NCBI RefSeq assembly: GCF_001194135.2
Contig: NC_068981.1
Span: 38,415,061 to 38,479,060, forward strand
Length of the DNA: 64,000 nucleotides
Reading direction: 5' to 3'
Source: Octopus bimaculoides
Taxonomy: Eukaryota
In this document: in pieces, positions 22,201 to 35,010 of the stretch
Layout: each line of letters starts with the position of its first letter
Position numbering within the stretch: position 1 is the first letter of the stretch
Translations under genes and position numbers: made by a program
The notes under the pieces: model-generated
Databases searched by the model: none
What the model was told of the DNA's origin: nothing
Seen by the model: the letters and a program-made list of their open reading frames with translations, nothing else

Positions 22201-25200
22201 TCCACGTTGTATGTCACCTTAGTTTTATTAATATTGTAATCTGAAACTTGTTATGCTTCTAATGATGAACTACTGTCTAGTTATGAAATGTACTTTCTAA
22301 TCTTAGTCATACATGCTGTTTGACTATTTGGGATTATATAATACCTCTTGACTAGAAGAGATCTCCCTTCCAGTAGGACATGAAAAATAAAAGAAAACTG
22401 TCATTAATAATTTATTCTTGCTAACCCTCTGTGCAACCATTTATTTTACATACCTTCATCAAGATGCAGACCTTTATAATCAGTTTACATAAATATATAA
22501 AAATCCATTTCTATCTTAGAGTCACATCTCATATCAATGAATGTCAGTCAAGAATTTTGGTTAAGGGTTCATATATAAAATAAATCATTTTAGTAGAGAC
22601 AATAATTACTTTTACTCAGAAAATTTTCATTTCAATTTCATTTGTATGAAGTTATACGGATTCATATTACATTACAAGTAATGCAAGATGTTTTCACTTA
22701 TATTACTTAGACAAATATTATTGCAAAGGTGTAAAATTGATAGGAAATGTTTTGCACAAGGTCTGTAAGATTAGCTACAGTTTTTAATGCTTCTCAGACT
22801 AAATATTTTACAAATTGAATAAACTTATAATACTATAATAAATTGGTAAATAGCAGAGCTAGACAAGGAAATGCCAAAACTGTCAACTTTAGATATGAAG
22901 AAGTATTACTTTAGCTTTATAAGTATTGAACTGTTCCAATCAATTTATTGACAAAAATCAAATGTAAACAGTTTTTACAATATTTCTTCAATGTTATATT
23001 TTGTTTTTTTACAATGAAATTTTCTACTAACAATCACATTCTAGTGATGGAACATTTAAATAAAACCATCTTTTCAGAGACTTATTTATTCTAATATCGA
23101 CTTGACTTCAGCACAAGGCAACACAGTTTGTAGTGACAAAATTAAATTAACCCCAATGACTGAATGGTATGAAAGAGAGTATGGCCAAGTTGGTATTGTT
23201 GGAATTTGAACCCAGAATATATAAGGATGTAATTAAATGCAGAAAGAGATATTTTGATGCACTCTATCAATTTTACCTTCCAGTGCCCTTGTTTACTTCG
23301 ATATTTCTAACACTTTTAAAATGTTTTAATCCACTTGTTATAGAGATTTATTATCCAGCAACAAGTGAAAATCTAATATTCAGAGGGAGAGATAAAGGCA
23401 AATTACAAAACAAATTCATTAAGGCTTACATTATATCTGATGGCATTTTCATCAACCACTAATGCAAAATGCAATTTCTAATTCTATGAAAATGTAAAAT
23501 CCTTTGAGATATCATCTAAACAGCTCAGTATAAATTGTATGCCTCTAAATAGCACACATGGGCACAATGAATTTCAGACAACATTCTGCTATGTATCAGC
23601 TTATAATGGTTGTTTTAAAATTCCTCATAAGTTTATTCAATAGATTCACTTGTGGTATTAAGAGAGAAAAAAAAAATAATAATGCCCTAATTTAATACCT
23701 GCTGTTAAGTGTAAGTACATTAGTACAGATTAAAATTACAGAAACTCTCTTCATGTTCTCATTATTTATTTTAAACATTTTCCAAATAAAAGTTTCCCTT
23801 TAATTCAAATATCCATTACACAAACTCACAAATATAATACATCATAAAAAAATCAAATATTTAACCTTACACTTTTAAAACAAAACTTCTATTAAAACAG
23901 TTCTGTCCTTATTGTTGCTACATCCATTTAACAGCAGCAGTTCTCCAACCCCTATTACTACTACAGCTGCTGCAGTAGCTTACGTTAAGGCTAAGGGAAC
24001 TGCTATAGTGTGTACCACTATTAAAACTATTTGATTTACTTTTTTAATCACATTATTTTTACATCTACCTCCACTATGAAAGTTATTTGGCAGCACCAGC
24101 TCTGTTCATCACTGCTGTGATCGCCATTCATTCAATAATAACAATTTTGCTATTATCATTGCTACCACCTACACCTATCATGTAGCAGAATTCCTGTGTA
24201 TGACTACTTCACAACCATCATAACTCTTCAACTGATTCTGCAGTAAAACGAATGAGTTGTAATATTTTATCATCACACTCTCACATCAGACATCACCACT
24301 GCAACAACAACCACCAGCATCATAACCACCACTACCACCACCACCTTTTCATAATCATTTATAAATATTGAGAAATTAAAAGAAGCAATATAGTGTGGTT
24401 TTGAAATTGATGCCAGGTATCAGTCTGCCATCACAATATCATGATTTAAAGATTTAAAGCTTGCACTTCAAACTCAGGGATGTCTACACATCAGCTGCCT
24501 TTCCTTCACCAGTTTCACAAGTGCTTCAGGGAACTTCCCTTATTTTTCAGATATTCTCTCTCGTTTGTCACCCTTTCACAAGTGCAGTCACACTGAAAAT
24601 CTAATTACAAGCACAGTTACGCAAATCATGCATGGCATCAGTGATGCTGATGTGCTCAATAGTATCCATCCTTACAACCTGTTTCTCCTCACACTTGACT
24701 GACAGGCTTAGACTATAAACTGACAATAGTGTCCCTCTGCATTCAAGACTATGCATAGAAAGATGAAAAGCTCTTTCTCCATTCATAGCAAACATTGAAA
24801 TCACCTTCCTTTTCCTACTCTTATTTATTTATGTCTTCTCTAAACCCCTGTTTTGTCCTTAATTTTATTGATCTTTCACATAATGTACATTTTCGCTTAT
24901 TTCTAACTGTCTCATGACCTTTTCCATATTCTCTCTGTTTATGCTTTTTCCACCATGTTTATGCTTCTTTTATTTCTTTTTTTTTATTCTATAGTAGTAG
25001 AGATATAATTTTCCAGCAGTTCTGATCCAGCTATAATCCCACTTTCAAAATTATAAAAGGAATTATTATATATATTGATATTGGTCAGGTTATGATTCAT
25101 CATATATGTGTTACCAGATGTGGTGGAACTGAAAATAAACATTGTGACAGCAGTGATGTGCATAGGTAATGGAATGAAAGAAGAGACACAATAAAATTTT

Positions 25201-25494
25201 TTACCTAAAATGAGACTAACCAATAGCAAAGTTTGGAAGATAATTTGATAAAAACAGAAAAACAAGTATCAACAAACTATTTTAATTATGTTGAGACAAA
25301 ATATTTTATTACAATTATCTGAAATATAAAACTTTAGTATAAGAAACTGCTAAGATACGAGAACAGTCCAGCAATTTTCAAAAATTTAACATATTTAAAT
25401 ATCATTAGACCACCAGACTTTGGAACTATCAGAAATATTTTGCTTCACCATATGGACTAATATGCTTATCACTTATGAATTATAATGACTAAAT

Positions 25495-25532
<38 letters not shown>

Positions 25533-25949
25533 NNNNNNNNNNNNNNNNNNNNNNNNNNNNNNNNNNNNNNNNNNNNNNNNNNNNNNNNNNNNNNNNNNNN
25601 NNNNNNNNNNNNNNNNNNNNNNNNNNNNNNNNNNNNNNNNNNNNNNNNNNNNNNNNNNNNNNNNNNNNNNNNNNNNNNNNNNNNNNNNNNNNNNNNNNNN
25701 NNNNNNNNNNNNNNNNNNNNNNNNNNNNNNNNNNNNNNNNNNNNNNNNNNNNNNNNNNNNNNNNNNNNNNNNNNNNNNNNNNNNNNNNNNNNNNNNNNNN
25801 NNNNNNNNNNNNNNNNNNNNNNNNNNNNNNNNNNNNNNNNNNNNNNNNNNNNNNNNNNNNNNNNNNNNNNNNNNNNNNNNNNNNNNNNNNNNNNNNNNNN
25901 NNNNNNNNNNNNNNNNNNNNNNNNNNNNNNNNNNNNNNNNNNNNNNNNN
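25533..25949. other. Assembly gap flanked by (TA)n
   Basis: N characters. Confidence 1.
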
Positions 25950-25965
25950 TATATATATATATATA

Positions 25966-26450
25966 TAATTGTTAAACAGGACACTAAAAATTAAGGCAAG
26001 ACAAACATCTCAAGATGTATACAATTTTATTATAGGAAAAGATTCACAATCTTACAGCTGTTTCTGGGATATCCCTGAGTATGGGATATTCCATCATCGG
26101 AGACAAAGAAAAAATAGGGAAAAATGAGAATGGTATATATTCATGAGATGACGACATAGAGGAAGGGAGTAAAAGAATAAGGAGATGGAAAGAAAGAAGG
26201 AAAAAAGAAGCATAAAAGTTCATGGTTCAACTTTACAAAGTTATAGAAACCAGAGCATGAGTCCTTAGATGCAATCTTGCATAGATCCATGAGCTTAAGT
26301 CCTTAGGTGCAATCTTGCCTATATCCATGCATGTGAAAATCCTGAAATAGTAGAAATCTCAAGAAAAAAGACAAACATATCAATGTTCAGTGCAGGATTA
26401 CACCTAAGGACTTTGCTCATGGCTCTATGCAGGATAACTAAGGACTCACA
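25966..26450. mobile_element. Second member of the 5127 palindromic family: full left arm, different spacer, truncated right arm
   Basis: Starts TAATTGTTAAACAGG after (TA)n and is colinear with 5127-5470. ACACCTAAGGACTTTGCTCATGGCTCTATGCAGGA at ~26400 is the start of the inverted arm. Confidence 0.85.
26049..26104 (-). ncRNA. Hammerhead ribozyme motif (CCGAUGA variant core, well-paired stem II)
   Basis: Reverse complement: GTCT-CCGATGA-TGGAATATCCC-ATACTCA-GGGATATCCCA-GAAA-C-AGCT-GTA-AGAT; stem II pairs at 10 of 11 positions. Confidence 0.55.
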
Positions 26451-26769
26451 CTCTATATCTCTCTCTTCTTTTACTCAACTATCCCATTTATATTCTGATC
26501 CCTGTCCCTTGTGAGTATGTCCGGCATTTTACCACCATCTCTGTCCTGCTGTCTCCCACTCTCTCTCTCTTCTTCTCCAGCACTTCCCTCAGATCGGGTA
26601 ACCGTGTATTTCCTTTGCGGTAGCGCACCTGTTTCTCTCTCTTTCTCTTTAGTCAGGTAACCTTGTACTTCTTCTACAGCACAACACCTGATTCTGTCTC
26701 TCTTTCATAATCCGACACAAGAAAACTTCCTCTAATTCCCCCTCCCCTCTTGAAAGTTCTTTTTTTTGT

Positions 26770-27070
26770 CTTGCAAGTACTTGGTGATCCTGTCAGTGCA
26801 GGTGCCACTTAAAAGCACCCAGTCCATACTGTAAAGTGATTGGTATTCAGAAGGGCATCCAGCAGTAAAAAACCTTGCCTATACCTGTGCCATGTAAAAA
26901 TCACTAAGTCCACTCTGCTGAATGGTTGGTGTTAGGAAGGGCATCCAGCTGTAAAAATCCTGCCAAAACAGTCACAGAAGTCTGGTGCAGGCTCTGCCTT
27001 GGCCAGCTCTTGTAAAACCGCCCCATCCATGCTAGCATGGAAGGCAGATGTTAAATGATGAGGATGATGA
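26770..27070 (+). mobile_element. Family D repeat, apparently two adjacent partial copies
   Basis: AAGCACCCAGTCCATACTGTAAAGTG...AGGGCATCCAGC occurs twice, then CATCCATGCTAGCATGGAAGGCAGATGTTAAATGATGAGGATGATG. Confidence 0.7.
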
Positions 27071-27122
27071 TGGATATGTATGTAAGCATATATATATACA
27101 CATATATATATAAACATATATA

Positions 27123-27216
<94 letters not shown>

Positions 27217-27339
27217 TGTTCCATGATGGTAAGATCAACAAAAAAGTACTTCGTCAGGTGAGAGATAAATATTATTTCATAAACACAATGTATGTTATGT
27301 ATATTGTGTTTATTAAATAATACACACACATATGTATAT

Positions 27340-27570
27340 ATAATATATATTTTCAGAAGTGTGTCTCTCTGTCTGTGTTTGTCCCCCCACCATTGCTTCA
27401 TAACCAATGTTGGTGCGTTTATGTCCCTGTAACTTAGCACTTCAGCAAAAGATGTCGATAGAATAATTACCAGCCTTACAAAGAATAAGTTCTGGGGTCA
27501 AATTCTTCAACCAAAAGGCAGTGCTCCAGCATGGCTACAGTCAAGCAACTGAAACAAATAAAAGAATATA
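27340..27570 (+). mobile_element. SINE family A 3' half
   Basis: TTTGTCCCCCCACCATTGCTT...GGCAGTGCTCCAGCATGGCTACAGTCAAGCAACTGAAACAAATAAAAGAATA. Confidence 0.7.
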
Positions 27571-28292
27571 TCGTATATATTTATATACATGCAGCATTTT
27601 TTTATATACTTACATACATATGTGTGTGTGTTAACACACATACGCAATATATGGATATACGGACAAGAAATATCATGTGTGCATTGCTACATATTTGAAG
27701 AAGAGGTTTCTCAATATTTTCGTGTATTTATATTGATGGAAATATCTAGAAAGCTCTTCTTCAAAGACATAACAAAATACACAAGAGAGCCCTCTTCAAT
27801 ATCACTGTTCTGTTAAGAACTTTCCTGTCTCTTGCCATTTATAATTTCAGCTATAATAATCTTCAGCTGCGTCTCACAAAGCTGCCCGCTATTGCAATTA
27901 ACTGAATGCTAACCATGTAGATTGAAAGCTTCATCAAATATCACTCCAAGATGTGCAATAATGGAGTGCTTTCAAACCCCATTTTATCAGATCAAAAATA
28001 TCTAAAACCACTACATTAATAACTGATCCCTTCCAAATATATTCCCTTCTATATTGATAAAAGCACTGCATGTCACCCTTAATTCACTGATATAGATCTC
28101 ATCCATGCATGCTTCTTACCAGGTGTGAAAAAAGGGATTGGTTTCAGGAAGGACATCTTGTAGAATAGTGCTACAAAACGTTTTGGTCAACTCATAGCAA
28201 TAAGGAAATTTTAGACACATAAAAACAAATGAATCAGAACTCAAATTTCATACATACAGGCAGACATAATTATTACAATATTAATGTAGAAC

Positions 28293-28495
28293 TTAGAGCT
28301 CTTGTACCCTGACTATGAATTCTCATTTGTACTTATCATCATTGGTGCTTGAGGTTATGTACCAACAAATTTGCACAAAAACCTAAAAATATTCGGATTC
28401 ACAGAGAAAGCGCAAAAGAAACTGATGTGGGTTTGCTAAATCCAATCTATTTGTGGCACAGTAAAAATTTAGAAAACATTCTAAAAGTCTCCATC
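28293..28495 (+). mobile_element. RLE-clade LINE extreme C-terminal fragment, decayed
   Basis: LELLYPDYEFSFVLIIIGA*GYVPTNLHKNLKIFGFTEKAQKKLMWVC*IQSICGTVKI*KTF resembles the '..PIIIGALG..P..L...L..LG' end of RLE domains. Confidence 0.6.
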
Positions 28496-30094
28496 TGAGA
28501 TTCTTATGTAAATAGATGCACACACTTGGGAGTATGCATCAACAGTTCAACCAACACATCAACTCATCCACATATTTACAAACACTGAGAACTCTCTTAG
28601 CTTAAAAAGTCTTGCCTCTGTTAGTTATCAGTTTGAACGCTCTCAAGAGAAACTTAAAGAAAATTCAAAGAAAAAACTCATATATTCATACAAAATGCCG
28701 CGTTGAAAAATAAAACAAGTCCGAATATATGTTAATATTTCTTTTAGCAGCACTGGGGTCAATGTAATCAACTTACCCCATCCCCTAAAACTGCTGGCCT
28801 TGTACCAACAATTTGAAACCAATATTTCCTTTAGCATCACTAAAACTTTGAGTGTACATAATAAAATGAATGAATAATTAAATGAATGCATTGATACACA
28901 TTCACTAGAGGAACATGTATCAAAATGAAATGTACAAAAGTGATAAAAATGTTTGAGAAATTATAGATGTAAAAATGTCCTCAGCAAATATGTTCTGTGA
29001 CAGCCAACTACTTCAGCCTTTTAGTTTAAACAATTGTGCAATTAAGCAGTGGATGTTTCTTATTTCTTTTTGTAGTCGTTTCATTTTGCATTTTAAATTC
29101 TAGCTTTTGTAAATCTAGCATAATTAACAAGTATTACAAAATTAAAAGTAATTATTCTATGTAATAGCAAAAAATATCACTTCATAATATAGATGTCATT
29201 AACCTACACTCAGAACAACTCTGCAGGCTGTGATGCATATGAAAGTGGTTGTTGATGATCTTGAAGTATGTGTGTGTTGGAGGGAATGCTGGCCAATCAA
29301 TTTATAAGAGATAAAAAAAATCCCTACCTAGGTGTTATATGATCCCTTAAACTAATATTAGTTTAACAGATTTTTAAATAAACTAAATGAAATAAAATTA
29401 TGAGAAAATAACATTAACAGAAAACAAATATTTGCTAACATAATAATTTTCTCTTTATCTTTCTCTAGGATTTGTGTAGCTATTAAGATATTTTTATTTC
29501 AATATTTAATCCATAGAGAGAGAGAAAGAAAAAGAATAACCATAGCAACATACACTGAGCAGTGTCACTTTCATATAATATTGCTGCTACAATATTTCCA
29601 TTGGTGATAAAATAATTTCATAACTGCTGTTGCCCACGCTTCATCAAAAGTGCTGATAAAACATTATAAGTTTAGGAAGCAAGCAAGGACAGCTGGAAAA
29701 TTTATACATTAATAAATACACAATATCAACATCATTTTAACATTCATTTTGCTTCAGCATATCATCACTCACTTTAATCCTTTAGTCATCTCACTTGAAT
29801 GGCCCACTATTTTAAGAGCTGACCTCACTGCTATGTATGGGTGGGTACAAATTACATTGTTTCTGGTTAAAATTCATTAGATCTATTGCAGTTTTGGTTA
29901 TTACATTTCCACCTGGTAGAAAGTAAGGGACTTTTGCTAATCTAAGATATTTAAGTGCTCAAACCAGTATTAACCTTTCTCTACCTATCAGTAACTAAAA
30001 TACTACCAGCACATTCTCTCAGAACTTATTCATACCATCTCAAAGTAATTCATACACCACAATTCCCCTTACACCAACCATCTCTTCGAGGTAT

Positions 30095-30660
30095 CCATCC
30101 ATCCATCTTCTCTGCCCCCTATTCCTGGAAGAGCTGTGGAGGCAGAGTTTTCAGATATCTCCTGCATAGAGTTCTATCAGAATCAGCTGACATTACACTT
30201 TGCTGCTGGATTCCCGAGTATGATCAATTAAGATGGATACCATTTATAGTCTGCCCTTAGATCATTTCCGGGTTGGCACAGCTTGAAGAATCCATCTTGT
30301 GATTCTTTCCTGTGACATTCTAACCAAATGTGATCATCATCAGAGCCGTGACCTCTTAAAGCAGAGAAATAGCAGCTTGACCTGGACAGGCTTTCTGATG
30401 CCTGAGCTTCACACCCTGTCAAGTAATGTTACTCAAGGGATCTTTTGGTGGAAACTCATTTTGTTAACTTGCATTCATGATCATACCCTTTAAGTAATTG
30501 CCCAACATTCATGACTATAAGTGTGAACAGGCAGGAAAACCAAATTGGAGATAGAATGTTTGGCTTTTTTACCAACTGCTCCTCTTCTGAGGGTTGAAAG
30601 CTGGAGCTGGCACATTACTATGCCAACACCTGAAATTCTAGCTTCCAATTCAACATAAGA
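30095..30660 (-). mobile_element. RTE-clade LINE 3' fragment (Rex3/Expander-like), decayed
   Basis: Minus translation KKAKHSISNLVFLPVHTYSHECWAIT*RV*S*MQVNKMSF...LLDRV*SSGIR...HLVRMSQERITRWILQAVPT, followed by a (GATG)n tail. Confidence 0.75.
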
Positions 30661-30819
30661 AACGTTATTCATTAAGGTGTATTTCTACCATCTATTAACA
30701 ATCTTAAATATTCTCTGAGTTTTGCCTCAGAAGCTTGGGCAACAGTTCCTCACAGATTAATTAGCATAAATTATTCAAATCCTCTGTAAAAGTCAACATC
30801 TTGATAATACCTAGGTCAT

Positions 30820-31050
30820 GTATCATTGGTTAATCTGTCCTTTTTTTGTCTGTTCCAGTCATTAGACTGTGGTCGTGCTGGGGGGCACTCCCTTGAAGAA
30901 TTTTCGTTAAACAAATCAACCCCAGGACTTATTTTTTTTAAGCCTAGTACATATTCTATTGGTCTCTTTTGCCAAACCACTAAGTTATGAGGATGTAAAC
31001 ACACCAACACCGGTTGTTAAGCAGTGGTGGGGAACAAACACAGTCACAAA
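30820..31050 (-). mobile_element. SINE family A 3' half (antisense)
   Basis: CAGTCATTAGACTGTGGTCGTGCTGGGGGCACTCCCTTGAAG...AATCAACCCCAGGACTT...GCCTAGTAC. Confidence 0.75.
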
Positions 31051-31058
31051 GACACACA

Positions 31059-31126
<68 letters not shown>

Positions 31127-31194
31127 TGTATAGGAGGAGAAGCAGTGCTACCTTATGTTATATGTGGGTGGCTTAAATGATGCATGGAAGAGAG

Positions 31195-31380
31195 ATAATC
31201 TTTTCTACTCTAGGGACAAGGTCTGAAATTTTGGGGGAGGGAGCCAGTCAATTAGATCAATCCCAGTATGCAACTGATTCTTAATTTATCAAAAAGATGA
31301 AAGCAAAGTCGACCTCAGCAGAATTTGAACTCATAAAGCATTTCACCTGGCATGCTAATGTTTCTGCCACCTCACTGCAT
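31195..31380 (-). mobile_element. SINE-like family B (antisense)
   Basis: GATGAAAGCAAAGTCGACCTCAGCAGAATTTGAACTCA...GCATTTCACCTGGCATGCTAATGTTTCTGCCACCTCACTGC. Confidence 0.7.
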
Positions 31381-31789
31381 TATGGAAGAGAGATGATATA
31401 ATATAATGGTGGCCAGTATGTATTCGCAAAAGAAAAACAGCGTATCAAAAAGTGCCTGATAACAGAAGAATCAGGGTGGGTAAAGGTTGCCAGAGTGCGA
31501 TTCCTTCCCACTCAAGCATCATGTCTAGATGGTGATGTAATGGAAAAGGGAGATATTCAATATGCACAAATGAAGTGCTTTCTTCCCAGTTATGGTTAGT
31601 AAGATACTGTGAGTAGAAGGGATGATGGGGAGATAAGAGGGTACAGAATAGGTACAACTTGTAGGGGAATAGAGAGTGAGAGAATGTGAGGATATAGAGT
31701 AGGCAACTGAAATGGATGATGTGCACACAAAACAATAGGCAGTCCAATTATTTCAACAAGTATTTTACCAAGCTTGCACCAAAGATCAA

Positions 31790-32970
31790 GACCTCTGCAG
31801 CACTGCATAACACCAGCCAACATAGTCCTCTGTCATCTCTTTCATCAGGTGTAACATCTGAGATCATTTTTTACCACCTTGTCTCCAATTATCCTCAGCC
31901 TCCCTCTTCCACAGTTACTCTTCACTTTGAGCACTTGGTATTTGCTTATGCAGCTACCATCTTTCATCCACATCATGTGTCCATACCATTGCAGTATCTC
32001 TTGCATGTTGCATCTGATTCTCCTTATACTCAGTTTGTCACACAGTTAATTTATATTTCATTGTTCATACAGGCTAGTATTTCTTTCTCATCTTCCACAA
32101 CTTAGGCCCACATCTTACAATTATGTAGCAGTGGACTTTGCACACGACCATCATATAATCTTCCTTTAACTTGGAGGAATGAGCCCTTTGTTGCCAACAG
32201 AGGAAACAGCTCTTCAAACTTTTCCTACCCATTCATAATTTTGGAACTTCTATCCCTACAGTTAATCCGGACACCTAGGTTGCAAAATCTATCATATACT
32301 TATAGGGAGCTGTCCAGGCATTTGAGATAATCTATTTCTCAAAAGCTTTTAGTGTTTACTGCCCTAGTGTTCCTGATGCATATGAAATCTACCTTTTCTG
32401 TTGGCCTCTCATCTCACTAAGCCCCCATACCTGATAAAATTTCTATTGACTCCATTTCCGCAGTAAGAACATGGCTATTTAGTTGAAACTATAAGGATTC
32501 CGTTATCCTTCATACTTACCACAATTTTTGTTTCCATTAGGTTTACTTTAAGACTCTTCAATTCCAAATTTTGCTTCATTGTTTAAAACTTCAACTTCAT
32601 TTCTAGAGATTTTGCTATAAGAACTAAATCATCAGCATACAGGACTTCCCATAGGTAACAAGTTTTAAATTCCTCTGTTATGGTTACTTCTATTGGCACA
32701 TTAAATTTTTTGCTGAGCTTATTGTTGATTCTCACTTTGATGACTGTCCCTTCATACATAGCTTGTACAAACCTTGCTGCAGAAACTCCTAGTTTCCTCA
32801 GTAATCACCAGATTACAGATCAAGGGACCTTGTCAAAAGCCTTCTTGATCAATGAGCACTATGTATAGTGGTCTATTTTAAACAATGTATTTATCATGCA
32901 GTTGGCTCACAAGGAATACAGCACCACCAGTACCTCTTCGTGAGACAAAGCCAAACTGTATCTTATTGAG
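31790..32970 (-). mobile_element. RTE-clade LINE reverse-transcriptase fragment, decayed and internally deleted
   Basis: Minus translation QFGFVSRRGTGGAVFLVSQL...KAFDKVP...LRKLGV...LWEVLYADDLVLIAKS...KGRLY...LQWYGHMMWM; contains the YADD motif, with stops and frameshifts. Confidence 0.9.
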
Positions 32971-34261
32971 ACTAATTCTCTCTTTAATTAATTTTTCCAT
33001 AACCCTTTTTCTAACTCTGTGTGTGTGGGGGGGTGGGGGATTAGACCCATGACTCAAACGAATGACTGGAAATTTTAAATCTATTTTTTAATTTATGTTT
33101 CTGTTTTCAAGACTCTAAAGAACCATATACTGTTTAAATGTTGCAGAGGATATTCAGAATTTAAGCTTAGAAATTGGGAAGGAAAAAATATTCTTTTATA
33201 TTTTTAGCTGAAGTATTCAATTTCTCTGTCATTCTTTTTCTGTAATTACTAGTCATAGACATTATTAAATCTTTGTTGCTCTTAACCATTTTAAAAATAA
33301 GGCATTTCAAGTAATATGAATGCTATTGCTTAGATATCTAACAATATAAATAAACACAAATCATAATACTTTGTGATGATTTGCGTTTGTTTATCCTATT
33401 TTTCTTTTCACAATTAAATATTCACACATACACACAATAACAAGCACAAACATCAGCCAAAGACAAACGCTACCAAGATAATGATAAAGGAAACTATTGT
33501 ATTTTTTTAAGTATATGAACAAGAAGCTAATAATAGACACAGAATAACATATGTTTTTGTCTCCTAGACATTTCCTTAGTGAACAAGTTTTACTTTATTG
33601 AAAAAGTTATTCTAAAATGAAGTAAACAAAGTTACTAAGTCTCTAAATTGTCTAACATTGATTTATAAGCTAGAATCCATAAGCTTCCTTGAAAGAAATG
33701 CCTCCTCAGCTATACATCATTACAATGACATCACCTGCTAGGGATAAAATGCAGTTGCCAGCAAGTCTAGGACCAGCTGGGTAACAATTATTCAGGTGTA
33801 GAGAAAATGACTCCTTGTTTATTTATTAATAAATCTATCTGGCTCAAGAACTTTAACTTCTCTGCTGTCATAAAACTCTTGAATAAATATAATCTGCTTG
33901 AATAGTAGCTATTATTGTAATTACTCAGTATGGAATCTGGAAGCCAAAAATGTCTGCTGTAATCACATGTTACTTTCAAATTGGCTTTCCTCAGATAAGA
34001 TGTCAGTACTGAAAACGGAAAAGTAATTTGAATTTCCAAACCAAGTTCCATCATTTGCTTGATAAATTTCAGTACAATCAATGTAAACAAAAACAGTATT
34101 GGACTCAGAGATCTTTAAGTTCAGATAACCACAGTGAGGCAGAATTGAACCAGATTACTGCTAAAATAGATATAGCTTCTGGGACTTTATTATCAATGTG
34201 TGTTAACTGAAGAAAATATATCTCCAAGATAAAGAAACATTTCAAAATTCTACATAGAGCT

Positions 34262-34348
34262 TTTAAATGGATTGTAGACAAACTACTCAATTTAAATTGA
34301 TTGTAGACAAGTAAATCAATTTAAATGGATTGTAGACAAGTAAATCAA
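34262..34348 (+). repeat. 29-bp minisatellite, 3 copies
   Basis: TTTAAATGGATTGTAGACAAACTACTCAA / TTTAAATTGATTGTAGACAAGTAAATCAA / TTTAAATGGATTGTAGACAAGTAAATCAA. Confidence 0.9.
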
Positions 34349-34659
34349 TTATTATATACAATTATTAACTGAATATCAAAACAGACAGTAAAAGGGCAGA
34401 GAAACTCCAGATAAAATACCTTTGCAGTGTATAACTTCATCTTTCCATGTTCTGAGTTTAAGTTTTGCTATGTCTCAATTTCCTTTTTATTCTTGCACTA
34501 ATAAATACAAGTTATATGTCATGTTTAATTAAATCAACTATGTCTGTTTCCTCTAAATGAATAATTCTGTGCCAATATAAGAAATCAATATACAAAATTT
34601 AGACAGCATTCAATTCGAAATGAGTTTTGTTCCTTTGATGACTATCTTCTTTTATCTTT

Positions 34660-35010
34660 TATTTGTTTCCATCATTGGACTGTGGCCATCTTGGGCACCA
34701 TCTTGAAGGGTTTAATTGAATATACAACTCCAGTACTTTTTTTTGTTTTTAAAGTCTAGTACTTACCTTATCAGTCTCTTTTGCCAACTACTAGCCTACA
34801 GGGACATAGACAAACCAAGCAGTTGTGTACACAGGGAAAAACACAAAACACATACACACACACACATATATATGATGAAGTTTCATACAGTTTATGTATA
34901 TGTAATTCACTCATAAAGAAATTGTCAGCTCAGGGCTGTAGTAGAAGATACTTGCCTAAAGTGCTGTACGAAGGCCTGAACCTGAAATCACATGATTGCA
35001 AAGCAATTCT
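34660..35010 (-). mobile_element. SINE family A (antisense), diverged
   Basis: CATTGGACTGTGGCCATCTTGGGCACCATCTTGAAGGG...CAGGGCTGTAGTAGAAGATACTTGCCTAAAG. Confidence 0.7.

Noticed and set aside
33963-34154. 63-codon minus frame (…ISESNTVFVYIDCTEIYQ…) faintly like a LamG/TSPN 'TLYVDC' strand, overlapping a 100-aa ORF
   Set aside because: An in-frame TAA directly follows the only good acceptor, the similarity covers just a few residues, and there are no supporting neighbouring exons.
34262-34348. 29-bp repeats considered as a CRISPR-like array
   Set aside because: The units are head-to-tail with no unique spacers, the context is eukaryotic and there are no cas genes.
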